A stretch of DNA of 64,000 nt from Cyanobacteria bacterium P01_D01_bin.156 (GCA_039024555.1 JBCCQQ010000017.1:38252-102251); one strand, 5' to 3'. Shown: positions 10,051 to 20,023, counted from the stretch's first letter. The notes: generated by a model from the sequence alone, not told the origin. Program-made: numbers and translations.

Positions 10051-11358
10051 ATGGTTCTTGGCAAAATTGATACGCCCCCCAATGCTGCCTATTTTGTAGA
10101 GCGCACAGAAGGTTGTTCTACACAGCAAACTATAAAACTGGTAACCCAGTTTTTTGCACCAGACTATGCGGCTACAGGACAGTTGTTGGATGAGTTGGTA
10201 CGACAGCTGGCAAAACAAGGAATGCCAGTGGAAGTATTTACAGGGCAGCCAGGATATGCAGATGGGATAGAATCAGCTCCCCATCATGAAACGTCTCACA
10301 ATTTGGATATTCGTCGCTCACGTTTAACAAAACTGTGGTCTAGACGAATTCGTGGTAAGGCACTAAATGGTGTGTTGTTTATGATTCGAGCGTTTTTTCA
10401 TCTGTTGTTTGATGGGAAAGACAAAATGCTGTTGCTGACAACAGCTCCTCCGTTTTTGCCAGTGGTAGGGTATTTGATTAGTCTGTTGTTTAATACACCC
10501 TACGTTGTTATTCTCTACGATCTGTATCCGGATATCGCTATTGAGCTGGGGGTGGTGGACTATCACCATCCGGTGGCGAAGCTGTGGCGCTGGGTGAATC
10601 AGCGGGTGTGGCGTCGGGCAAAGTCGTTAATTGTGTTGAGTCCGTCGATGAAGGAACGGGTGGTAGGGCACTGTCCGGATATTGCGGATCGTGTGGAGGT
10701 AATCCATAGCTGGGCGGACCCCGAACTGATAAAACCCATAGAAAAGAAGGATAATTGGTTTGCCCGCCAGCATGGCTTAGTAGACACGTTTACGGTTCTA
10801 TATTCGGGGAATATGGGCCGCTGCCATGATATTGATACGATCTTTGAAGCGGCCAAGTTGTTGCGGAATGAGCCGATTAAGTTTGTATGTATTGGTGGCG
10901 GGGCGAAACGTGAAAAGTTGATTGATGATGTTAAGGCGGAGGGTTTGGATGAGAACTTTTTGTTTTTGCCTTATCAAGACAAGAAGGATATTCCGTATTC
11001 GATGACGGCCTGTGATGTGTCGTTGGTTAGTGTGAGTGAAGGGATGGAGAGTTTGGTGGCTCCAAGTAAATTGTATCCGGCCTTAGCTGCAGATCGACCA
11101 ATTGCGGTGATCTGTCCCCAGAGTGCCTATTTACGGAAGTTGATCAGCCAGGCTCGCTGTGGTGCTAGCTTTATCAATGGAGATAGTGCTGGGCTAGCCA
11201 AGTTCCTTCGTCAACTTTCCCAGACCCCCAATCAGAAACGAACGATGAGTGACGCTGGTCGCAGATATCTAGAGGCATTTTTTACGGTTGATGTAATTGC
11301 TAAACAATATGCCTCTGTTCTAAGCAAGGTCAGCTTGCCTCAGCGCGGAACTCAATAA
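10051..11358 (+). CDS. Glycosyltransferase family 4 (WcaI-like)
   Basis: QFFAPDYAATGQLL, YDLYPD, LYSGNMGRCH, APSKLY motifs. Confidence 0.9.
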   Translation: MVLGKIDTPPNAAYFVERTEGCSTQQTIKLVTQFFAPDYAATGQLLDELVRQLAKQGMPVEVFTGQPGYADGIESAPHHETSHNLDIRRSRLTKLWSRRIRGKALNGVLFMIRAFFHLLFDGKDKMLLLTTAPPFLPVVGYLISLLFNTPYVVILYDLYPDIAIELGVVDYHHPVAKLWRWVNQRVWRRAKSLIVLSPSMKERVVGHCPDIADRVEVIHSWADPELIKPIEKKDNWFARQHGLVDTFTVLYSGNMGRCHDIDTIFEAAKLLRNEPIKFVCIGGGAKREKLIDDVKAEGLDENFLFLPYQDKKDIPYSMTACDVSLVSVSEGMESLVAPSKLYPALAADRPIAVICPQSAYLRKLISQARCGASFINGDSAGLAKFLRQLSQTPNQKRTMSDAGRRYLEAFFTVDVIAKQYASVLSKVSLPQRGTQ

Positions 11359-11452
11359 ATAATATCCAGTGCTCTAATTTTCTATCATGTGTAATATTCT
11401 ACCTCCCTGTAAAATTTGTACGGGTGTCATATGTATACGTAGTCTTCTTTAA

Positions 11453-11477
11453 ACCGGAATATATGAGATTTTCTGTA
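11453..11477 (+). promoter_or_regulatory. DIF1-like promoter candidate
   Basis: ACCGGA-N16-GTA upstream of the 11654 gene. Confidence 0.3.
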
Positions 11478-11523
11478 ATTCTGAATAGGTTTACGACTGT
11501 AAACAATCGTTTATAACTCTCAC

Positions 11524-11625
11524 TATAATTATTCCCGCTAGTTTAGGCGGGCTACTTGTTACAAGAGGGAGCATGGGCTTTGGTGGTCTACGGATCTCAG
11601 TCTCTCCCACCGTAGCCTTCTTTTT
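11524..11625 (+). promoter_or_regulatory. -10 box (TATAAT) followed by a structured, attenuator-like leader
   Basis: TATAAT at 11524-11529; hairpin 11534-11551; GGGCTTTGGTGG (11575-86) pairs with CCACCGTAGCCT (11607-18), followed by TCTTTTT; competing complements at 11550, 11567, 11588. Confidence 0.4.
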
Positions 11626-11653
11626 GTCAGAGGCCGAACGATAGGATGGATCT

Positions 11654-12100
11654 ATGCAAAAGTCTGTGCCAACAAATAGTCCTAAGAGTCGTAATCGCAG
11701 GCGTTCTAAACGTCGCCAAATCTGTTGCCCTCACCATGGGTGTTTGGTAATCAGCACCAGTCCCAAGTATCCCCTCTACGCGGATCGGGCAGAACATCTT
11801 AGCCAGCGAGGAATGGGGTGTACCCTGGCGAAGCGGGTGATAGCCACCCACACCACTGTGCTGCTGAAGGGAGAATGGTTGGAGCAGTTTTGGTGCGATC
11901 ATTGTGAAGCCAGACACTGGTATTACATTAAAGAATCCCTACCTCGAAGCTATCGCGTTAGCTTTGCCCCCGAGGAACTATGGCACCAGGTGCAAGGGGG
12001 CATTCATCCTCAGGGAAACCCATCCGTGGGAGAATTTACCCGACGACAATCGAAAATAGTCACCTACCGTGGCATCCGCGACTTCCAGGCCATTGGCTAA
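11654..12100 (+). CDS. Conserved cyanobacterial hypothetical protein, Arg-rich N-terminus, putative Zn ligands
   Basis: KSRNRRRSKRRQ; CCPHH and WCDHC; NPSVGEFTRRQ; AGGA upstream of ATG. Confidence 0.75.
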   Translation: MQKSVPTNSPKSRNRRRSKRRQICCPHHGCLVISTSPKYPLYADRAEHLSQRGMGCTLAKRVIATHTTVLLKGEWLEQFWCDHCEARHWYYIKESLPRSYRVSFAPEELWHQVQGGIHPQGNPSVGEFTRRQSKIVTYRGIRDFQAIG

Positions 12101-12169
12101 GCGTGTCTCTGCGGTTCTCATGGAACATGCAATCGTCATACCCCATAACCTATTCCCTATTTCGAAATC

Positions 12170-14017
12170 GTGGATATGTTAAGAAAAAAAATGCAACGCA
12201 AACGACACAATCGAAGTGGGACTTTGAGTCAAGATCTGCGGCAACTTTGGGGCTACTTGAGTCCACGGCGTCAATGGCAGCTTGGGGTGTTGTTGTTACT
12301 GCTGATTCTGACTGCACTGAGTGAGATGACTAGTGTGGGAGCAATTTTCCCCTTTTTAACAGCGCTGGATAATGCTGAGTCATTATTAAATAACCCACAC
12401 TTGCAGCCAGGGATAACCTTATTACAGGTTAAGACAACACAGCAGTTGGTAACCTGGCTAGGCATGATATTTATTGGTGTTGTGCTTTTGGCCAATGGAT
12501 TGCGTTTGGTGACATTACATATTCGTACTCGTTTAGCAGCAGCAATTGGGGCTGACATCAGCAGTCAGGTGTACTGTAATACATTGCGGCAGCCCTATAA
12601 TTTTCATGTGACTCAAAATAGCAGCGACCTAATCCAGACACTGACTGCTGATGTTGAAAGTCTCACGTCTGGCGTTTTGCTCCCATTTCTTGTACTGGTG
12701 TCTAATGCTTTGCTTATACCCGCTTTGGTTGTAATGCTGCTATTAGTTGATGGCAAGATTGCTCTAGGAACAGCGATACTCTTGGGTGGTACCTATGTAA
12801 TAATCTATCGTACTCGTCAGCACTTGCTAAAGCGAAATAGTAAGATTTTAGCTTACTCAAATCAACAAAAGATTCAAGTTGTACAAGAGGGAATCGGTGG
12901 TATTCGGGATGTGCTGTTAGGCAATTCTCAACACTTTTTTGAGCAGATATATCTCCGACATGAATCTGCGTTGAGACAGGCAAAGGCGACGAATTTAACT
13001 GTTTCACAGTCACCCGCTTATGTTATTGAAGCGCTAGCGCTCTCAGCCATTGTGCTCCTCGCCTTGTCACTAGGACAGAGTGGTGATTTTAGTCGGGTTA
13101 TACCGGTGTTAGGTAGTTTGGCCTTGGGGGCAAAGCGATTACTACCGGCTTTTCAATTTGTATTTAGCTCCATGGCAAAAATCCAGGGCGCACGGGCATC
13201 GTTGGTGCGGGTATTGTTAGCCTTGCAACGCCCCATTGATCCGTTGATGACAACTGTGCCAGTGGAGCCTTTGAGGTTGGAGGGAGAACTTCGCCTTGAG
13301 CAGGTTTGGTTTCGTTATGGTGAGGAGACTGACTGGGTACTGCGCGATCTCAATTTGACGATCGGGGCTAAGACAATGGTTGGATTTGTAGGTAGTACAG
13401 GTAGTGGAAAAAGTACCACGGCTGATCTGATTTTAGGATTGTTGCAGCCTCAGCAAGGAACGATATTTGTGAATGGACTACCGCTGAAAGGTGAACGGCT
13501 GCGGCAATGGCAGCAGAGCATTGCCCATGTTCCCCAGAGTATCTTTCTGAGTGATGGAACAGTTGCAGAAAATATCGCGTTTGGGATTCCACGAACGCAG
13601 ATTGACTTTAATCAGGTGCGGAAGGCAGCACGGTTGGCTCAGGCTGAGAATTTTATTGAGAGCTTGCCAGCGGGCTATGAGACCTATGTGGGTGAGCGAG
13701 GGATTCGTCTGAGTGGCGGACAAAGGCAGCGAATTGGAATTGCACGGGCACTGTATAAAAATACATCGGTGATTGTGTTCGATGAGGCGACGAGTGCTTT
13801 AGATAATACAACAGAGCAGGAGGTGATGGCAGCGATTGACGCGTTAAGTGGGGAGTTTACAATTATTTTAATTGCCCATCGTTTAAGTACAGTTGAGCAG
13901 TGTGATTTAGTAGTGGAGTTGAAGCAGGGGCAGGTAGTGGCCCAAGGGAAGTATAGAGATTTGATAAACTACTCTACTAGTTTTCAACAGATGGCGGGAG
14001 TAGAGACGACAAAATAA
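12170..14017 (+). CDS. ABC exporter, fused TMD-NBD (PglK/HepA/MsbA-like glycan flippase)
   Basis: Six-TM N-terminal half; GSTGSGKST, LSGGQRQR, VFDEATSALD, IAHRLST; start may be ATG 12191. Confidence 0.92.
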   Translation: MDMLRKKMQRKRHNRSGTLSQDLRQLWGYLSPRRQWQLGVLLLLLILTALSEMTSVGAIFPFLTALDNAESLLNNPHLQPGITLLQVKTTQQLVTWLGMIFIGVVLLANGLRLVTLHIRTRLAAAIGADISSQVYCNTLRQPYNFHVTQNSSDLIQTLTADVESLTSGVLLPFLVLVSNALLIPALVVMLLLVDGKIALGTAILLGGTYVIIYRTRQHLLKRNSKILAYSNQQKIQVVQEGIGGIRDVLLGNSQHFFEQIYLRHESALRQAKATNLTVSQSPAYVIEALALSAIVLLALSLGQSGDFSRVIPVLGSLALGAKRLLPAFQFVFSSMAKIQGARASLVRVLLALQRPIDPLMTTVPVEPLRLEGELRLEQVWFRYGEETDWVLRDLNLTIGAKTMVGFVGSTGSGKSTTADLILGLLQPQQGTIFVNGLPLKGERLRQWQQSIAHVPQSIFLSDGTVAENIAFGIPRTQIDFNQVRKAARLAQAENFIESLPAGYETYVGERGIRLSGGQRQRIGIARALYKNTSVIVFDEATSALDNTTEQEVMAAIDALSGEFTIILIAHRLSTVEQCDLVVELKQGQVVAQGKYRDLINYSTSFQQMAGVETTK

Positions 14018-14047
14018 GTCTTTTATGATGTTCATGTAGCCTAAAAT

Positions 14048-14902
14048 ATGAATTGTTATTTATGTAATTCCACTTCTTTCAAACGTCGAACTGGTTCAGT
14101 TCGCGATAATCCAAAGTTGCAGATACTAGAGTGCACGGACTGCGGATTAGTTTTCCTCAGTTCTCTGGATCATATTCAACCCGGTTTCTACGAAGAATCG
14201 GGTATGCACGGCCAAACACTGCGTCCTATTGAAGACTGGTTAAAGGATACGGAGTGGGATGATCAACGCCGTTTTCAAATGCTCAAGTCTATGTTGGTCA
14301 ATAAAAAGGTGCTTGATTTTGGTTGCGGAGCAGGGGGCTTTTTGAAACGTGCTCAAAAACTAGCTTCTGAAGTGGCAGGAGTTGAATTAGAAAAACGGGT
14401 GCGAGAGTATTGGGGAGCGCAAATCAAAATTCATCCTGATGTCGAATCTATAGATATTGTAGATGGCTACGATTTAATTACTGCTTTTCATGTTGTGGAG
14501 CATTTGCATGAGCCACGAGAAATGCTTGTTCAGCTTGGCAAGATGCTGAAATCAAGAGGCCGATTAGTTATCGAAGTGCCTAGTTCTGATGATGCACTAA
14601 TTACCCTCTACGATTGTTCACCCTTTCAATCCTTTACTTACTGGAGCCAGCATCTTTATCTGTTTAATAGCGAAACATTGAAAAAGTTGGCTCTTCAGGC
14701 TGGGTTACGTGTTGTATCGATTCAACAGTTTCAGCGTTACCCGTTGTCTAATCACCTCTACTGGCTGAGTCAGGGTAAACCAGGTGGCCATTCGAAATGG
14801 TCTTTCTTAGACAGTTCTGAGTTAACTGATGCCTACGCTGCGTCTTTGGCCGCTGTAGGAAGGTGCGATACATTGGTAGCACATTTAGAGCTAAACAGTT
14901 AA
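14048..14902 (+). CDS. Class I SAM-dependent methyltransferase with N-terminal Zn ribbon
   Basis: CYLC...CTDCG; VLDFGCGAG; FHVVEH; IEVP. Confidence 0.88.
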   Translation: MNCYLCNSTSFKRRTGSVRDNPKLQILECTDCGLVFLSSLDHIQPGFYEESGMHGQTLRPIEDWLKDTEWDDQRRFQMLKSMLVNKKVLDFGCGAGGFLKRAQKLASEVAGVELEKRVREYWGAQIKIHPDVESIDIVDGYDLITAFHVVEHLHEPREMLVQLGKMLKSRGRLVIEVPSSDDALITLYDCSPFQSFTYWSQHLYLFNSETLKKLALQAGLRVVSIQQFQRYPLSNHLYWLSQGKPGGHSKWSFLDSSELTDAYAASLAAVGRCDTLVAHLELNS

Positions 14903-14991
14903 CAAGAGCAAATACCTCTAGTGTTTTTAATTATATTAAAAATGCTACAATCTCTAGCAAACAAGTCCTTCTATTTGTAATTATTGTTGTT

Positions 14992-15705
14992 TTGAATCCT
15001 GTTATTACTATTATTCCAGCTAGAGGTGGTTCCAAAGGTATTCCTGGAAAGAATGTGCGTTGCCTTATAGACAAACCACTCATCGCTTACTCTATCCTTG
15101 ATGCTCAAGAATCTCACCAAGTCGATCAAACCTACGTCACTACTGATGACTCAGAAATCGCATCAGTATCCCGCCACTATGGAGCAGAGATTATTCAACG
15201 TCCTCCAGACTTAGCTACAGATACAGCAGCATCTGAATCAGCACTCATCCACGCTCTAACTGCCATTGAAACAGAAGGTACCTGTCCAGAACTAATTGTT
15301 TTTCTACAATGTACTTCTCCCTTGCGAACTGGTGCCGATATTGATCATGCTATTCAACAGCTGCGGGATGAGAATGCTGACTCTTTGCTTTCTGTTTCAC
15401 CCTCCCATAGATTTCTCTGGCACATGGTAGATGGTGTAGCCCGGTCTATAAATTATGACTACTGTCATCGCCGTCGTCGCCAAGATATGAACCCTCAATT
15501 TGTCGAAAACGGTTCAATTTATGTCTTCAAACCCTGGGTTCTTAAAGAACTCAGAAATCGACTGGGAGGTAAGATCTCGCTCTTTCCTATGAGCGAAGCT
15601 GCCGCTCACGAAATCGATTCCACGCTAGATTTTAAAATAGCAGAGTTTTTGATAAAAAACTATCAAATTACTAATAAGGAGGACAGTAATGATCGAACTA
15701 CCTAA
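14992..15705 (+). CDS. neuA: Acylneuraminate cytidylyltransferase (CMP-nonulosonate synthetase)
   Basis: IIPARGGSKGIPGKN, LQCTSPLR, ENGSIY, EIDS..DF; likely TTG start at 14992 inside ORF 14863..15705. Confidence 0.9.
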   Translation: MNPVITIIPARGGSKGIPGKNVRCLIDKPLIAYSILDAQESHQVDQTYVTTDDSEIASVSRHYGAEIIQRPPDLATDTAASESALIHALTAIETEGTCPELIVFLQCTSPLRTGADIDHAIQQLRDENADSLLSVSPSHRFLWHMVDGVARSINYDYCHRRRRQDMNPQFVENGSIYVFKPWVLKELRNRLGGKISLFPMSEAAAHEIDSTLDFKIAEFLIKNYQITNKEDSNDRTT

Positions 15706-16351
15706 TTTCGAGAATAGCTTTCAATATGAGAATGATTTTTTCCTTTCTTGTAACCCTGCTCGAATAGGAAAACTCTTGGCTCATTATGAACTTTACAAGA
15801 AAATCCTAGAACTACCAGGTAGCATCGTTGAATGCGGTGTATTTAAAGGGGCTTCTTTTTCAAGATTTGCTATTTTTAGAGAACTCTTTGAAAATACTTA
15901 TTCTAGGAAAATTATTGGTTTCGACATTTTTGGCAAATTTCCTGAAACAAATTTTGAAGCAGACAAAAAAACTCGTAGTAAGTTCATCGAGTCTGCAGGA
16001 GAAGATAGTATATCGAGAGAGCAACTCCTCAAAGTTCTTGAGAACAAAGGTATCCAGAAAAACGTGGAGCTTGTGAGTGGAGATATTGTTAAGACTGTTC
16101 CTTTGTTTGTCCAAGAACATCCGGAATTAAAGATCTCTCTCTTGAATCTTGATACAGATATTTATGAACCTGCAGTAACTATATTAGAAAATCTTTGGCC
16201 TAAGATTATTGTCGGTGGAATTTTAATTTTAGATGATTATGGAGTTTTTCCTGGAGAAACCAAGGCAGTCGATGATTTTTTTGGGGATCATCACGTAGAC
16301 ATTCTTAAGCTTCCTTTTTGTATGACTCCCTCCTACATTATTAAAAAATAA
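15689..16351 (+). CDS. TylF/NovP-family sugar O-methyltransferase
   Basis: PGSIVECGVFKG, GFDIFG.FP, LLNLDTDIYEP, GGILILDDY; AGGAGG RBS; overlaps neuA stop. Confidence 0.85.
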   Translation: MIELPNFENSFQYENDFFLSCNPARIGKLLAHYELYKKILELPGSIVECGVFKGASFSRFAIFRELFENTYSRKIIGFDIFGKFPETNFEADKKTRSKFIESAGEDSISREQLLKVLENKGIQKNVELVSGDIVKTVPLFVQEHPELKISLLNLDTDIYEPAVTILENLWPKIIVGGILILDDYGVFPGETKAVDDFFGDHHVDILKLPFCMTPSYIIKK

Positions 16352-16361
16352 AGATCAGGCC

Positions 16362-18608
16362 ATGTTAGTTGACAGAGATCTTGCTAAATATATTGTTTTT
16401 GCTGAAGACAGTGTTCTCAACGCGCTTAAAAAGATCAGTGACAATAAAAGCCGTATTATCTTTTCTGTTACAGAGTCAGGCTTCCTAGAAGGTCTTATGA
16501 CTGACGGTGATTTTCGCCGTTGGCTTGTTAATCAAGATAATATTGATTTAAATCAAGCTGTCTGTGAAGTCTCTAATAAGAACTATAAATCTGTCTCTGT
16601 CGATGCAGACCCTAAGCAAATTTTGTCCGCATTTTCAGCAGGTGTAGAATTTATTCCGCTAATTGATGCCGCAGGTCACCTGGTCGCAGTTGCCCGCAAG
16701 CGACCAGATGGCGTGCAGATTAGTAATTTCAAAATTGATGCCAATTCGCCAACGTTTGTCATTGCTGAGATTGGCAATAACCATAATGGTGATCTGGGGT
16801 TAGCCAAGAAGCTTGTTGATTTAGCGGTGGAATCGGGGGCCAACTGTGCCAAGTTCCAACTGCGTAGTATGAAAACCTTATATCGCAATGCTGGCAATGC
16901 TAATGATGCTAGCGAAGATCTTGGCTCTCAGTACACACTTGACCTGTTATCACGCTTCCAGCTTTCGCCAAATGCTATGCTGGAAGTGTTTGACTACTGT
17001 AAGTCTCGAGGTATTTTACCTCTTTGTACACCTTGGGATCTAGACAGCCTCGAAATTCTCGAAGGTTACGGCATGCCAGGCTACAAGGTCGCATCTGCCG
17101 ACCTAACGAATCATGACTTACTACGAGCCTTAGTTAAAACGGGTAAGCCTCTGATCTGTTCTACAGGCATGTCTACTGAAAGTGAAATTACTGAATCAGT
17201 GCGGTTGTTGCAGCAACTCGGTGCAATGTATGTGTTGCTGCACTGTAACTCTACCTATCCTGCACCTTTCAAAGATGTTAATCTCAACTATCTGGAGCGG
17301 CTCAAGGAAATTGGTGATTGTCCTGTAGGTTATTCAGGGCATGAACGGGATATCAATGTGGCTATTGCGGCTGTAGCTAAGGGCGCTAAGGTGATTGAAA
17401 AGCATTTCACTATCGATAAATTTATGGAGGGTAACGATCATAAAGTAAGCCTGTTGCCAGATGAATTTCAAAAAATGGTGAAAGGCATTCGTCAGGTGGA
17501 ATCAGCGCTTGGTACCAGCGGCGAACGTCGCCTTAGCCAAGGCGAATTAATGAATCGTGAAACCTTGGCCAAGAGCTTGATCATTAATTGTGATTTAAGG
17601 GCTGGTCAGATTATTATGGCCGACATGTTGCAAGTCAAAAGTCCTGGAAAAGGTCTGCAACCGAACCGTAAAGCAGAGTTAATTGGACAACCAGCAAAGC
17701 GCGATTTTAAGTCAGGTGATTTCTTCTATCGCAGCGATCTTGAATTCGCTCGTGTTAAAGCAAGACACTACAAGTTTGATCGGCCTTGGGGCTTACCTGT
17801 ACGCTATCACGACTTCAAGAGTATTCTTGAAAAAACCAATCCCGATCTGTTGGAATTCCACCTAAGTTATAAGGATATGGAGGAAGACCTGCATCAGTAT
17901 TTTGATCAGGACTACAATTTGGGTTTAGTTGTACATAGTCCTGAGCTATTTGCAGGGGATCATACACTGGATTTATGTTCTGAAAATGAGGATTATCGTC
18001 AGCGCTCCATTCAAGAATTGCAGCGTGTCATCAATGTTACCCGCGAATTAAAACCCTACTTTAAACAGGCTAGCTGCCCTTGTATCGTCACAAATGTTGG
18101 TGGTTTTAGCCTTGATGCTCCTCTGTATAGCTCAAAACGCGAGCACCTCTATCGACTACTACTCGATAGTTTTTCTGCTATTGATGCCGATGGAGTGGAA
18201 ATCATTCCTCAGACCATGCCTCCTTTCCCCTGGCACTTTGGTGGGCAGCGCTATCACAATTTGTTCCTAGACGCTGAAGACATCACTAAGTTCTGTAATC
18301 AGCATGGCTATCGAATTTGTCTTGATGTGTCCCATTCTCAGCTAGCCTGTAATCATCACAAGTGGTCATTCAAGAAGTTTATCGAACAAGTTGCTCCCTA
18401 TACAGCACATATCCACATTGCTGATGCTGAAGGAGTGGATGGAGAAGGGTTACAGATTGGAAAGGGGGGAATTGTTTTTTCTGATTTAGCAGAAGATTTA
18501 CGAAAGACAACCCCTAATGCTTCGTTTATTCCTGAGGTTTGGCAAGGGCATAAAAATGAGGGAGAAGGTTTTTGGATAGCTCTCGAGAGCTTAGAGCAAT
18601 TTCTATGA
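16362..18608 (+). CDS. neuB: Nonulosonate synthase, multidomain (CBS pair - NeuB - SAF - xylose-isomerase-like TIM barrel)
   Basis: LMTDGDFRR (CBS); IAEIGNNHNG, AKFQ, KVASAD, LHCNSTYP, GYSGHE, IEKHFT, KSPGKGL; C-terminal CLDVSH, HIHIADA, FIPEVWQGH. Confidence 0.9.
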   Translation: MLVDRDLAKYIVFAEDSVLNALKKISDNKSRIIFSVTESGFLEGLMTDGDFRRWLVNQDNIDLNQAVCEVSNKNYKSVSVDADPKQILSAFSAGVEFIPLIDAAGHLVAVARKRPDGVQISNFKIDANSPTFVIAEIGNNHNGDLGLAKKLVDLAVESGANCAKFQLRSMKTLYRNAGNANDASEDLGSQYTLDLLSRFQLSPNAMLEVFDYCKSRGILPLCTPWDLDSLEILEGYGMPGYKVASADLTNHDLLRALVKTGKPLICSTGMSTESEITESVRLLQQLGAMYVLLHCNSTYPAPFKDVNLNYLERLKEIGDCPVGYSGHERDINVAIAAVAKGAKVIEKHFTIDKFMEGNDHKVSLLPDEFQKMVKGIRQVESALGTSGERRLSQGELMNRETLAKSLIINCDLRAGQIIMADMLQVKSPGKGLQPNRKAELIGQPAKRDFKSGDFFYRSDLEFARVKARHYKFDRPWGLPVRYHDFKSILEKTNPDLLEFHLSYKDMEEDLHQYFDQDYNLGLVVHSPELFAGDHTLDLCSENEDYRQRSIQELQRVINVTRELKPYFKQASCPCIVTNVGGFSLDAPLYSSKREHLYRLLLDSFSAIDADGVEIIPQTMPPFPWHFGGQRYHNLFLDAEDITKFCNQHGYRICLDVSHSQLACNHHKWSFKKFIEQVAPYTAHIHIADAEGVDGEGLQIGKGGIVFSDLAEDLRKTTPNASFIPEVWQGHKNEGEGFWIALESLEQFL

Positions 18609-19020
18609 CTTGTCATAACATGGAAAACTGCTAACTTAGCTAGCATAAAGAGTGAGTAAGACTACAGCATTTCTTAGGTTTACTATCAGAGAAAAGCAAC
18701 GCAATTGGGAACGTTTAGTGATTCCATGAAATAAAAAATTAAGAAAAGCATGGATCAGGTTTTTTATATTGCTCAACTTCGAAAGACTTAAAGAAACTCT
18801 CTCTTTAAAGATCATTGATTCTCGTTGAAGAGTAGACAAAGATACCTCTCAGGTGAAGAGCCATTATGAGCAACTTTGGGCATGATGGGACATTAAAATT
18901 ATTCAGTATCAAATTTCTAGAATCTTCCACAAAATATAATTTTCAAGCTATTCAAGAGGGGAAAGGCCATTTTTTATATTATTTAGTTAGGAAACACCAT
19001 ACCTCACCAGATAGAGAAAC

Positions 19021-19040
19021 TCTATCTATCTATCTATCTA
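19021..19040. repeat. (TCTA)5 microsatellite
   Basis: TCTATCTATCTATCTATCTA in AT-rich intergenic DNA. Confidence 0.9.
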
Positions 19041-19204
19041 TTACTTATTGTCATATCAGCATTTATTCACAGTAAAAGCCTTTAACTATAAAGATAAAGT
19101 AAGCTTTCAAATAGGTTTAAATAAGACAAACCTTTTTAACCTAAATAACCAATATCTTTTAACTTTTGAACGATCAAATGTAATGCGCAATGCAATGAAA
19201 AGCC

Positions 19205-20023
19205 ATGATGAAAAATCAACTTCGGTCAAAAATTTTACCTTATTATTTTAATATACCTCCTATAACAGAAAATCTGCTTGCTTCAAAAAAACAATCTGAA
19301 ACTCTTTTCGTTTTAGGATCTGGAACTTCAATCTGTGAATATACTGCTCGAATGTGGAATCACATTCAGAGAAATGACTCTATTGGATTTAATTTTTGGA
19401 TTCTACATGAATTTGTTCCTACATTCTATGTAACAGAACTTATCGCATCTCCTTTGAGTTCAAGATATATTTCACTTATCAAAAATTTGACTTTAGTTAA
19501 GGACCGGTATGCTTCCTGTTTAAAGATGTTTAAATCGCCGATTTCAGGCAGTAGATACAGGCAAATTAAAAAAATTGGGGGCTATACGGCTAATTCTCAC
19601 TGGATTGCAGCAAAAGATCAGCAAGATCTTCAGAATCAACTCCAAGTGCTGACTCAAAAGAAGAGTTTTTATCCAGTATTTTGCCACCAAACAGCAACGG
19701 TAGATTGGACAATATTCTTCTCTATAATATTGCGCTATAAAAAAATTGTTCTGTGTGGTGTTGATTTGAATAACGGAGATTACTTTTACGAATCATATCG
19801 TGAAAAAATAGAGTCTCGTGGGTTAATTGTTCCAGAAAATGTACAAGGCCGTGTGCATAAAACTAATGATCCAGAGCAAAATAAAGGAATCACTATAGCT
19901 GAAGTCATTCGAGCTTATCAGTCTGCTGACTTGAAATATTTACCTGACATGTATATTGCTTCGAAGTCATCCGCATTATATCCACAACTTTCTTTGTATG
20001 ATTGGGACAACGCAAGTCTCTGA
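19205..20023 (+). CDS. Maf/DUF115-like protein, candidate nonulosonate transferase
   Basis: LFVLGSGTSI, SIGFN, YKKIVLCGVDL..YFY motifs typical of the Maf/GT42-like fold; follows neuB. Confidence 0.55.
   Translation: MMKNQLRSKILPYYFNIPPITENLLASKKQSETLFVLGSGTSICEYTARMWNHIQRNDSIGFNFWILHEFVPTFYVTELIASPLSSRYISLIKNLTLVKDRYASCLKMFKSPISGSRYRQIKKIGGYTANSHWIAAKDQQDLQNQLQVLTQKKSFYPVFCHQTATVDWTIFFSIILRYKKIVLCGVDLNNGDYFYESYREKIESRGLIVPENVQGRVHKTNDPEQNKGITIAEVIRAYQSADLKYLPDMYIASKSSALYPQLSLYDWDNASL

Noticed and set aside
11390..11420. NtcA boxes (also at 36069 and 45524)
   Set aside because: GTA...TAC spacing is N6, N7 or N9 rather than N8
18636..19251. Short ORFs in the AT-rich gap after neuB
   Set aside because: No motifs or RBS; probably spurious
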